Part shown: piece after piece, positions 1 through 12,900 of the stretch
Position numbering within the stretch: the stretch's first letter is position 1
How the letters are laid out: each line of letters opens with the position of its first letter
Origin: Trichoplax sp. H2
Lineage: Eukaryota
Assembly (NCBI GenBank): GCA_003344405.1
Contig: NOWV01000241.1
Span: 62,001 to 94,852, forward strand
Length of the DNA: 32,852 bases
Direction of reading: 5' to 3'
Made by a program: the position numbers and the translations under genes
The notes under the pieces: generated by a model
Told to the model about the DNA's origin: nothing
The model's input: only the letters and a program-made list of their open reading frames with translations
Database searches by the model: none

Positions 1-589
1 TGCAAAGCCTACGGGCTCTGTACAATCTGCCTTGCAGCAATGCACCTTGCAAATTAGGCGAGTCGCTGCAGCCAGCAAGCTTATTGCCAGCTATCATCAC
101 AGTTTCATACATCTCTATCTGCTGATGCAGTAGTACGACCAGCAACTACAACAACTGTTCATTTCCAAAAATGTCCAGCCTGACGATTTCGCCGGTCATT
201 TTTAGCTGTTGTGTTTGCATTAGCTCCCAAATTCTTACCAAGTACTTTGGAGCCAGTCACTCTTGTAGTAGAAAGTCCGTGGCGCTGTACCCTTACTCTT
301 GTATAGTATTGCACTGGTTGTATGAAACAGTTTTGGCTTACAGTGCTATTATTGATAGAGATGGCAAAAAGAGGAAGAAGGAAGTCCGTCCGACCCGATG
401 TCTGTCTAGGATGGATTTTAGTATGATACTCTACTGTCTTATTTATGTCTTTGAGGCGATATTAATCCTTATTATAGTTCACCGAGATGAACTGGCGTTC
501 AGCTAACAGAAAGCTTTACTACTGTTGATATTGCCAGCTCGATTGGGATATTACTAATTGAGTTCAAGTTGTCCTATTATTTATTATTA

Positions 590-604
590 CTCTCTCTCTC
601 TCTC
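590..604. repeat. Short (CT)n microsatellite upstream of HERC1
   Basis: ctctctctctctctc. Confidence 0.7.
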
Positions 605-995
605 CACTTGTCTACAGACACAGGCTATTTTAATCATCGTCTTCGCTTACAGGAAACTATTCTTGATACAACCGACGGTATTATCGTCTCGAAAAAGGAG
701 CTTGATTCAAAGTTGTTGTTATGAGTGATGATGGGTTGCTAGTTTTCACAACATGATGGCTTGTCAGCACAATCCGTTGAGGATAGCATATTATTATTAG
801 GGTTAAGAAGAGAGGATTTTATTTTACAATTACACATCATAATTACTGATATTTTTTAAGATAATTAAATTATTGTCGATATTGCCGATTTGGATATTAG
901 ACTATAGAAATTTACATGAAATCAATCAAGCAGCGTGGAGTGTAGTACAATTGAAACTTATCTAAATTCAACCTTAATCATCAATCTGCATCACC

Positions 996-3900
996 ATGCA
1001 AGAGAATAGTTGTGAATGGAGTCAAGGCTATCATTTAACGTGGTATGACCATTTGAATGCTGATTGGAGTAATGAAAATATTAGGCTGTTTACATCACGT
1101 CATGGTATTGATGGATTGTTCGACAAATTGGTAACCAACCGTGAGGCCCAAGCAGCCAATCATGACCATCAAAATAGTACTTATAGTGCCTTGCCCACCT
1201 ATGAAAGCAAGACGATCGATCAATCGTTGTTAGTAGACTACCTCAACACTTTAATCCTCAATCAATATCGATTAGTTAAAGCAGTCAATACTCAGTTGCC
1301 ATTTACGACTTATCTTCGCAAACGATTAATTATCCTACAACGATTATATCATGCCAACTTTTATCGATATTATAGCCAAGACAAGCCTCTCTTACAAAGT
1401 GTTGCAGCAGCGTCGTCGACACATTCCAGTGGTCCGACAAGAGGGCCTGATCCATCCAATTCTCTTTATCGCCCATCGACTTCAGCCATAACCAATCTTG
1501 CTACAACTGGACAATCGCAAGGAGTCAATTTATTAATTGAAGTGGGTGTCAAGACTGGTATCAATGTCATATTTATGCTATTAAAACAGTCATGGTTGAA
1601 TGATGCCAAGAGTAGTACTTATTGGAATCAACTTCTTTCAACCGCTTTACAAACGTTAATGTTGATGCCTCCGTTAAGTTTAGCTAGTGAGCCCAAATTA
1701 CCTAGATTAGCTCAAGACACTTTAAATAGCGTCGTTGAATTTTTGACATCATCGCTACAAGCTGATTCCGGTAATACTTTTGAAGGTCGACAAATAGCCA
1801 TTGAATTATTATTAACCATTGCAATACAGAAAGGCTCTCTTGGTGCTATTCTCAATTGGATACAATTAGCATTATCGTTAGCTAATTCTCCTCATCCTTT
1901 GCCTCAAGACCAACCCATGGCTATCCATGGCGATCTATTTAATCGTTTATTGCTACAAATTGAAATTGGCAATGTAAGATATTCTAATATAAATATCGGT
2001 ATACGGTATCTTGTTGCATAGTGCTATCGATCATTATTGATATCAATTTATGAATCAATTGAATCAATTGGTGTTGAATCCATTGCAGTAAGTCAAAATT
2101 ATTTTTAGGTAATACTATCTGACGTTGTAGTTTTCATTCATTCTGTACAGTAAGATGCCTATTTCTATTGACAAATTGTTAATGATACCACCCTATTCTA
2201 ACAAAACACTGGTAAGAGTGAGAGATCAATAGTCAACGTATTGCAAATAATTTCATTTAATAATTTTATAGGCAAATGGCAGTGAGAATAAATCTGTTAC
2301 CAGCACACAACAAGAATACATTTACATCGAGGATGCTGCTATACACTTGCTGCAAGAGGTAGAATTCAATCAACAGTAATGATGGTATAGCCTGCACGTA
2401 ATGGATACATTATTATTACAGATTAATAACATAAATGATTGGATTGCATTTATAGGTAGCCAGTTTAGCACGTGAACATGAAGGCATTTTTCGAGATACC
2501 GTCGATTCTTCATTACAAACTGATCACGTTAAAGAATCACATGTTTATGTTTGGGGAAGCAATAGTAGTTACCAGTTGGGTATATCCGAACCAGAGAAAA
2601 TGCTAATACCACACCTTACACCTTCTTTTGCAAATAGTGAACAGGTAAGATTATCAATGATAATTATATGTATTATTATCTTATTTAAATTACTTCTATA
2701 TCAATAATATTAATATACAAGAATTGCATTGTTTTATGTGTGACTGGTGTGAGCTAAACTTCTCCATTCCGATATCTTCTATTCAAATAGATGGTAGCTG
2801 GACAATACTGTACCTTTGCTGTTTCACATAATGGCTATGTGAAAGCCTGTGGCAAGGCTAGTTTATATACTCTTGATTATTTCAATTAGGCCTTGGTTAT
2901 TGTTGTAATGATCAATTATTGCGTATATCGTGTAGGGTAATTACGGCCGATTAGGACTTGGGGATTCGAGTAATCAAAATCGGCCAAAATTGATTAGATT
3001 TGAACACGAATGTAAAATTAAAAATTTGGTATCATCTAAAGGCTCTGATGGACATACGTTAGCTATAGCAAGCGATGGTCGAATTTATAGTTGGGGAGAT
3101 GGTAATGCAATGATTGACATTGTACAGAATAGCGTTATTTTTAACTGCAAAGTTCAAGTTATTTGCATACTTAATGATATTTGTCATAAAAACTTGAGGG
3201 AAATCGTTATTATATCGCTCAATAGACCACTCTATGACTTTACCTTAGGTGATTATGGTAAGTTAGGCCATGGCAATCATGTCACTCAGAAAAGTCCTAA
3301 ATTAATTTTAGGTCCTATGCAAGGAAAGGTACTATTACTATTAATTATAATTATTAATCGTCATTCTTCATTGCAAAGTTATATTGATAGCGATGATCTA
3401 ATAACATCTATTGAAGGTTGTACGTCAAATAGCTGTTGGATATCGGCATAGTGCTGCTATAACAAGTGAAGGCCTACTATACACTTGGGGAGATGGAGAT
3501 TACGGAAGATTAGGTAATTTTAATTATGTTAGCTTACAATATGCTTGCGATCAAACAAGGATTGCTAATCTATACGGTATAAATATGATGCTATGATACA
3601 ATTAATTACAGGTCATGGTGATAATCATAGTAGAAGTATTCCTACACTGGTTAAGGACATTACTGGTGTCGGCTCAGTTAGTTGTGGAAGTTCTTTCACT
3701 GTCGTAATATCACAAGATGCAACTACAGTATGGTCATTTGGTGCTGGCGACAACGGTATAGTTTATAGTTTTAATATATAGAGAGATACATGTATTACAA
3801 ATCTGCTTGCAATTTATGTATATAAATAATATAAATTACAGGTAAACTTGGCCATGGCGACACAAGCAGAGTGTATAGACCTAAGGTATTAGCGTAATTA

Positions 3901-6900
3901 CTAATAATGTGTTCGATACGGGCAGTGTGCTATTTTTATTCACTACTTGTATAATATGATTACAGGTTATTTCCAATTTACAAGGCTTGCTAATTCGTAA
4001 AGTTTGTTGTGCTAGCCAAAGTTCTTTAGCTTTAACATCGATTGGTCAGGTATGCAGTAAATATTAATTTGTACTCTTTTACTTCAATTTTAATTTTAAA
4101 AATTCTTTTACTGATAAAGTATTGGATTATAAATTTTCTTTTTAATTTTTTTATTAAAACGTAATGTTGTACTGTGTACGAAATTGCTTTGATACGATTA
4201 TTTTCTGTCAATAATATCACAATAAAAGGTATTTGTATGGGGTAGCGGGCCTTGTCTTGGTTATGGCCAGGCTGATGCTACTTTCTTGGTACCAAAGCGG
4301 CTAGATGAATTTCAAGATCTTCAAATTATTGATGTTGCTGTTGGTGATAACCACTGTTTAGCTTTGACTTGCGGTAAGGCTTTCACGAATAAAATACTTA
4401 TTGTTATGCTACGACTACAAGCTGTAGTGCTTCATATGAATTTAATTTCTATTAGATAATGATGTCTATTCTTGGGGAAATAATGCTTCTGGCCAGTGTG
4501 GTCTTGGTAATAATAATAGCCCCGTTTTACTACCGAGAAAAGTTACTGGTTTTGATAATCATGTTATATATCAAATATCGGTTGGCACATCGCATAGCAT
4601 AGCATGGACAGCTCTGCCAACTGATAGGTAATTGCATTAACAAAATGGTAAAGCAAATAGACTAGGAAATGATTTGATTAGAATGCATACTGTTGATGTA
4701 GGTGTTCATTGAAGCATAAATTTATCCGGCTTTAATAATATTATTAACCCTGTCTTTAGGTGCATTGTGACCTCATACAAACCGTTTTGTATCGATCTAA
4801 AAGAAAACACTTTTTCGAAATTATATCATTTATTAGATAGATTTTGTACATTCAATGATACGGCCAGTTCAGTTGTTACTCATGGGTATGTATCTAATAT
4901 GAAAGCATGAATTACTCAATTATCGAAATATTCTAAATTAATTAGTCCTAAAATTTTTTATTGTGGCAGGCAGAGAAAACAACTCGTTTGTACTTGTTTA
5001 AATCTTCTAGCAATACATCTATCATTAGCTTCAACTGACTGGTGTTCGTGGACTTCTGCTCTTGGACAATATTCACAACCTTTAAGGGAGCTTATGTTTC
5101 GGCTCATTGATACCCCAGAATACTTTGAGGTCTCGTTCAATGATCTATCATAAAAGGAAGCTATCGTTACATTATCCGTTTATTTCATTATTGTAATTTC
5201 AATCAGTGAAACCATCAATGCATCATATTTAAAATTATTGAATATTTATATCGCAGGACGCCAAAAATGTGCTATCCGTTGGGGCGCGTTTATTGTTACC
5301 TGACTTACCGGAAATGGTAACACTATTGCAATCACTCTTGCCTCATGTTTCCCAAAAATGGCATTCACTCTCAAGAGGACAAGTACTATACTTGCTCTGT
5401 TTCTGAAATTTCTAGACACTACTGTAATAGTTGACCAGTAGACGTTTTATTATCTGCCTTATTAATCCTTAAGTGCCACAATTTTATTTTGTCGTAACTA
5501 GATTACGCAAATACGCTTGATTTTGAAAGATCTGTATGATGACGAACGTATCGCTAACCTAATGGAGTTCAGAACACATTCCAGTGACACAGATTTATCA
5601 AGAATGAATTTAGCTACATCCTTAATGATGATGTTGTTGAACAATTTGAAGGGCTTTTGGGTAGTTAAAATTTTAAAATTGTTTGCATTTATTATGTGTA
5701 TATTGGCTCAGAGTAGACACGATCTGTGGTCATTATCAGAGCTTGCCTTGTTGTTTAGTATCTATAATATAATCACTTTATTCTTTCTTAATATTAGGCA
5801 AAGAGCATGAAACATGAAGAAATACTGGAAATCAGGAATACATCTACAAATGCTGAAAAGTTTATAAATTCAGCTGAGGGACTATTAATTTTTCAGCAAA
5901 TGGACGATCTCTTATTAATAATGCAGAAACATCTGTTGACTTTGTGTAATAAATATATTGGAAAAACTCATTCTGACCAACAAGTAAGTCTTAAAATGTG
6001 TTACCATTTAAGGACCTTTTCTTACCTTTTTAACTTTTTTAATTTTTCCTTAGCCGAAATTGTGCCTGGAAGCTCTTAATGCGTACGTATCAGCATTGAC
6101 CACTTCCACAGTGGATATCTTAGTAGAAGCTAAAGTAATTGTGCAGCATTTCAGCGTTGCAGATAAAATTCGCGAAGTATTAGGTACGAAAATCAAAAAG
6201 GCTGTTCAACGTTGTCTAATGTTGTTTTAATGTTGCCTAATTTTTCTTTGAATTAATTAATTATGACAGAAGCCGTATTGAATTCAGTAGTTGGGACCCA
6301 TCTTTCGCAAGTAACTCACTCTCTTCTCCTCTTACCTCCAATGATTACTAAAACGTATTTGCCGGATTTAATTTTGTTGGTCTCATGCCTTGATGACTTT
6401 CTATGCTTACTACCAGGCATAGAATCAGTTGATAAAGAATTGGAGAACTTATCTAATGGTAAAGTATTTTTCTTTAATTATTTACTAATTATTAAATATA
6501 CAAATTCGTAACTTAACGCTATGCATCAAATTACTATTCTTCAGAGAAAACGGAAACAAGCGATAAGGAATTTGGATTAGAATATAAAGAGCCATATGTA
6601 TGGCTACTAGATATTCAACGTACTTGCTGTTTTTTAATCGGCCGCTGCATAGGTGGCATGTTGTATGACATGCCGTCATGTAATGAAGATATCGTCAACT
6701 ATTGGATTAAAAGCACTTTATTGCAGAACGGCTTTGAAGAGTGTATTAATGAAGGTATTCTGATGTTGAATAATCCATATTAAATTGTTAGTATAATTAA
6801 ATTTTAAATGTCATTTCTTTAGATGAATACCATCGACGTGTAATTTCAGAAGAGGAAATGGAAAATTTGATCATTAAAATCAATCCTAGCATAGTTGGAT

Positions 6901-9900
6901 TAATAAATCCTAATAAAAGTGATACAGCAACTGAGCTACTTTGGCAACACGTGAGAGAATGGTTGGATGATGATGGTATTAATTGTCTTATTACAAAGTT
7001 ACATTATATGATTGCGTCTTAAACCTACTTTATTATTAACTCTTTCACATTAGGCCAGGATGAGCTAAGTACTAAATATAATGTCTTATTGGATGATGCT
7101 TGTAAGTATGCTTTAGCAAGCATGTTGAAACACTGTCGATTTGCTGGCGTTGATATAATTAACTCAAGGTAATTGCATTGAGTCAATATTTACATCATCA
7201 TTTTTCCAGCCATTCCTACTGAATAATTAATGCATATTTTAGACAATCGAACGATTCACCGCTAAGATTAGTATTAACAAATCTCAATAAACTAAGGACG
7301 AAGTTAACTTCTTGGATTAAAAAATTCAAAGGCTTTGATGGTAGGTTTTAAAAATATATATTCTGACGGTGTATAATATCCTGTTACAATTTACGGTTAT
7401 GTCTAAAAGATTTTAATTTCAATTTCTATTCCTAACTCTTAGATAATTCATTCAAGAAGATACAGGATCGTTTAAAGTCTTTTGCTCTATTTTTATGCTG
7501 TTATATAAAATCGGCATTGCTCGCTAACAATGATGAAGTTCAATTTGTGGTTGAACAATTTTTTATGAAAAAAGTGGCATCAGGTTAGATTAGCGAATAG
7601 TGTCATAGAATTTGCGTATTAATTATTGTCATAATAGTTAAAATGAGGACAATTTGATCTTAAGGATCTTCAAATGAACAAAACGAAGGTCTATCAAGTG
7701 GAAGCACGAATGCTGCAAATAACAGTGGTAACATTGACATTGGAGTAAAAGGGCTAGCAAATAAATTAGAACCTAATCGTCAGAATGCTATCCTTCGACA
7801 AATGAAGCAGATATGTGATCAAGTAGCGAAATTTATGTCACTAGCCATAGCAGCAACATCGTCAAGTTGTAAGAATATCGATCTGCCATCTATGATCATT
7901 GATATTGCCCGTAATAGTAGGCAGAAATCAGAGGTAATACCTGAATTTATTATTTAAACTATTAATTAATTATTAGTTAACTGATAATTTTAATGTTCAT
8001 TGTTATTAACACTGATGAAACATAAAACCTCAATTCTATCTGTTAAAATACAACATCTGCTTTATACAGATGAGAATTTATGGGCTCAAAGTTTTATTGA
8101 CGCTATTATCTCCTGATGTTACACCACCTGATTTGATTCATTCTGCTGAAGCAACACCACGATTTTCATTGCCGTCGCTTCCGTCATGCCAAGTGCAATT
8201 TCTTATTGGTTGTTTTGGTAACATTCCATCAATAAAGTTGGACACAAATTTTACCCATTACCAGGTAAGGCAAAAATGACTTGAAATAATAATTGTTCCG
8301 ATCTGATGTTAGTGAGTTATATTGACTGTAATCCATATTGCTGTTTATATTTCTATCTTGTGAAGGATATGACGTTTTTTAATACAACTGAAGCTCAGTT
8401 GGAAATGCAAGGTGCAACCCATCGTTTATATCGTATGCTGTTAGGATTGTTACATCGGTATCTATGTGATAAGGATAGCGATCAAAATACTTGGTCGTGC
8501 ACGATATTGGTACTTCTCCAGTCATTAAGTCTATATCACAATTATGAAGATTTAAAAGTTCTTATTAGCAGTGAAGTAGTTAATATCCTTAGTCGTCTTA
8601 TTAATAAAGTCAATCCATTGAAGATGTCGCTACATTCAAGAAGTGTGGCCTTTTCACCTCAGACACCATTTCATATTGCCAGCAAGAATTGGTTACAGTT
8701 ATTGATGTCTGTAGCAAGTTTAAGATTACTGCAGATATTTTGTATAAGTGTTTGTTTAACTTCAAAATCGTTCTCTAAAGTAACCATGGATTCAATCGGG
8801 GAAATATTGTGGCAGCTTCTATTAAAACTAAAGAAATGTCGTCATACATTGTTAGGCACTGATTGGAATCTATCAGCATTTTTGGTATTTATAAGAAGAC
8901 TGTCATTTTCAAATAGTTTTATTTCTACCATAAGTTCCACGAAGTGGGTCAAAAGCCTTCTTGAAATTAATAACTCATATTTGGAGACCAGCGGTGATGG
9001 TGTTATCAGTATACAACAACGGTTACTGTCTATTAACTTACTAAAATGTACTCTATCAGCTTTGACCGCTGATGAGCATGTTATACGGCAAATTATTGAA
9101 TCGCTTTTCGATAATATATCCGATATGATGTCATTTATTCAACCGTCAACAGAGTATAGTGATTACTCGAAATTAATTGTGGATTATACTACTGATTCTC
9201 CCATGAACTTAGATCCTGCTATACCTATTAAAGCCAATTTTGATCCTGATCTTACGATATGCTGTACGGTTGAAAATCTTACTACTCTAGTTCATAGTGT
9301 AAATGGGCGAGGATACGGCATTGCCGCTTCTAGCATAAAATCTGGTACTCGACGATGGAATTTCTATGTAACACAGGATACACGAAATAGCGATGGTGTT
9401 TGTATTGGTATGACACGTTATCCAATAACCGATTATAATTATCGCACAACTTCGGATATGTGGTTATATCGTGCTTGTAACGGTAGTTTGTATCATGGTG
9501 GTGAACTTCCTTCATCAACTTTTCCATCTTATGCTGGTGGTGATTATATTACTGTTATTGTTGATATGCAATCATGTAATATTGCATTTGGTAAAAATGA
9601 TGAAGAGCCGATGATAGCTTTTGAAAATATCGATCGTCAAGAATTACTTCCTGTAATTGTATTTGGCAATAATAGCCCTGGAGAAAGAATTTCATTACTG
9701 GATATGAGAATTGACGGCCCACCAATTGATCTTATAGCTGGTGATCCATTATGTGCTCCTAGTCATGTCATTAGTGCACAAGCCTTGGTTGAGCTCATAA
9801 GAGAATTGCATGAAAATAAGAATTGGAAAACAATTATAAACGAAACCATTATAAATCGTTTGACAATTAATGATAACGTCTTAATCGCAAATAACGATGA

Positions 9901-12900
9901 AGCTGATGGTGTTACCTACAGCCACATTTTCCCCCATCATCAAATCAGTGATAGCATCGTGTACAGTGTTGCTTTTAATGTTGATTCACTGGAAGAGCAT
10001 CAGGATCCAGATTATCCTAAATTATGTCTGCATACTTTATGCAGATTAGCTTGGCCGGCTCTAGCAGTATTGGGTGGCATCGATTGTGGTTATAGGGTTG
10101 GTAGTACTTGTCAGCATCAACCAAGTTCGCGAATAGTAACACTTCTTGGCATGAAACGAAGTTACAGTAAACTTGTAACAGTACTATGGAATGATACCGA
10201 TGCAGCTGTGAGGTTGACAAATCATTTTGTTATAACTTACTACTATTTATAGATAGTAATTAGTAATAAATGAGATTATCCAAATCTTGTAAGATTTTTT
10301 GCTAACTTTATGTTCTATCTTGCTTGTATTATCTTTTTAGTGAGATTCCTTTAGCTCAGCTAAAGTTGTACAAGCCGAAGTCTTTTGATATAGATGGATT
10401 AGACTGTATTAATGCCGATGTTATACAAAGCATTATTTATCTTTCTGGCCTCCCTGAGAATCCTTTGAAAGAGTATCGTGCAAATTCGCTTTTTGATGGT
10501 GATAATGTACAAGATCATGACATTGCCTCTACAGCTTTTGCAAACTCTGTCGACTCAGCACATTTGCGCGAGGGTAATGATGTTCAGTTGCCTAGATGGA
10601 TATCATCTTACTATAAGTTAATTCAAATAAGGCAAGATAGCGAGCTCAATACTGTTAAATTATCACACTTGCAGTTTACAGCCACGAAGGCTTTGATGAT
10701 TTTAATCAGTTGTAGAAAATTTACACAGTTACTCTCTGGACAAGAAGCAGTAGAACTATATGATAGTTGTACGAATGACTCACTAAAGCAAGTCTGCATC
10801 CCCTTTATGAAGTATTTTGTGCGAAGTGCTATTTCATCATCGCCAATTCGCCGATTTATCCCTTTTACAGAATTTGATCGAGTTTTCTCTGTTTTTGTCA
10901 CTAAAATTCAAGGTTTTATTAATAAAAATGAATGGGATAGAGAATCCTTATCCTCTTCACCAACCAAAATAAAGTCTGTTGATGCAGCAGAAATGGCTGG
11001 TAGAATTGTTGGCGATCACTCAGCAAGAGCAATTAGTGATAAAAGCGGTTTGACTGTTGCAAATATTTCTACATCGATTTCTGGGCCATTATTAGAGATG
11101 GGTTTTTCACGAACACAAATTCAAATGGCTATTGAAGCAACAGCTGATGAAAATACTATTCCAAATATTCGTGATATGTTATCATGGTTACTTAGATCTG
11201 AAATTAGATCACAATTACACTCTACCGATGATCATGCCGCTACTTCTGCTCGTCATTTTCATGTTCATGATCAGAGTACGCCTACTCATGTCAATCAACT
11301 AAATAGCCATCTTTTTGATCAATCTACGCGTATGTCACAATTATCTGGCCATAGTGTAATTGGCAGTGCAACTACCCAAGTGCCCACTTTACATGCTTCT
11401 AATGAAGTCTGTGAGTTATGTTTACTTAACTCAAGTAATATGGACAGGCATATGCGTAGTTATCATCCAGGCTGTAATTCAAATTCTTCTGTTAATCAAG
11501 TTTGCGGATCTGGAACTCCCTATTATCTATGTCCTTCTTGCCGTAGCAACTATTTGCGGCAGTATGGTAGTGGAGGTGAAATAACAACAAAATTATCTAC
11601 AGTTGAAAATCGTTACAGCTTTGGAAGATTTAAATTACTAGAGGAAGCATTTGATCTCCTTAGCCCATCTGATAGATCGAAAACAAGTCAAGGACTAGTT
11701 ATTGATGCCAATGATACTGCCGATTTACGTTTAGCAAGTGATAGCTTCGATGATATAGCGCCTGTTCTTAAATTTTCTTTTATCGATTTTAAAGATAATA
11801 TCATGCAGTATGATCAAACTGATTCATTAGGCAATCACTTTGCCTGTTATGCACACTGCCAAATAAATTCAGAAGGCAGCCAACAATCTACTCGAAGTGT
11901 AACTATAGAGAAGAAAAAACTTCGTGGGTCTCTGGCGCAGCAAGGCCAACGCTTGAAAAGCAAATCTGATCGAATTTTTGCTATGCGTCGATGTACCGTA
12001 GCATCCCAGATTTGCGCAGCTAGAATAACAACAACCTATTTATTGGCCTTGTTTTATTATTTACCTTCACATGCGGAAAAATTAAAGTATTTACATGTTC
12101 TTGAACTTGATGATGCTGACAAGTTGATTAAATTGTTGCAAATTGCAATTGCTGGTAGAATAGATCAAGATTATGTTAGTATGTATGGTAAGTTGAAATG
12201 TTAGCTTTGAATGTTATCACCATTTTACTCCTTATTTAATCAGTCTCAACTTTGTTATTAGGTATATCTTCAGCAGAACAAATTGACGTTATAATTTCTG
12301 CAATCAATGTATTAATATCCTATGACCAATCCGCTTTTCGACAAGTGGTTTTATTATGCACCTATGACTTGTCTAAGGTTGCATTTGGAGAAGGAATTAA
12401 TAATGATGGAAGTAACATTTTAACCGATCCTAAAGCAGCAATATCAGATCACCAAATATTTTGCTCATCAAGAAATCTATCAATTGTCAAGTCGTTAATT
12501 GAAACAGTGATTGATTCATTAGCGGCACATTCGCAGCAAAATCAGGCTTGGATTCCGACGAGATCTCATCACATACTCGGAAACAAGGACCTTTTACTAC
12601 CACTATTGAATGTTTTAGCTGCTTGTAGCATAAGTAAACTTTTACCTTCATGGGAACGTTCGTGGGCTGCTTATCAACTTGCAATACTGATGGGTAAATT
12701 AGCTCATTTCGGTTCCAAATCAGATACCAAGATAACTTTCAAGTCCCTCAAGAGTTTGCAATGTTACTTGCCATCTTGTTCAACTCAATTATTATCAGCA
12801 CATAAGACGCCAGTTATATCATTGTCTTGTCATTTTGATTCTGGACTTGTTGTTATTAGTACTGTTAGTAATACGGTCTATTTAAGGGAACTTAAAACTG

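Noticed and set aside
171..506. 111-aa ORF upstream of HERC1
   Set aside because: No recognisable motifs or supporting exon structure; probably a chance ORF in promoter/UTR sequence.
8366..12187. Two consecutive exons of identical length (1,847 nt)
   Set aside because: No sequence or domain similarity between them and different phases; treated as coincidence.
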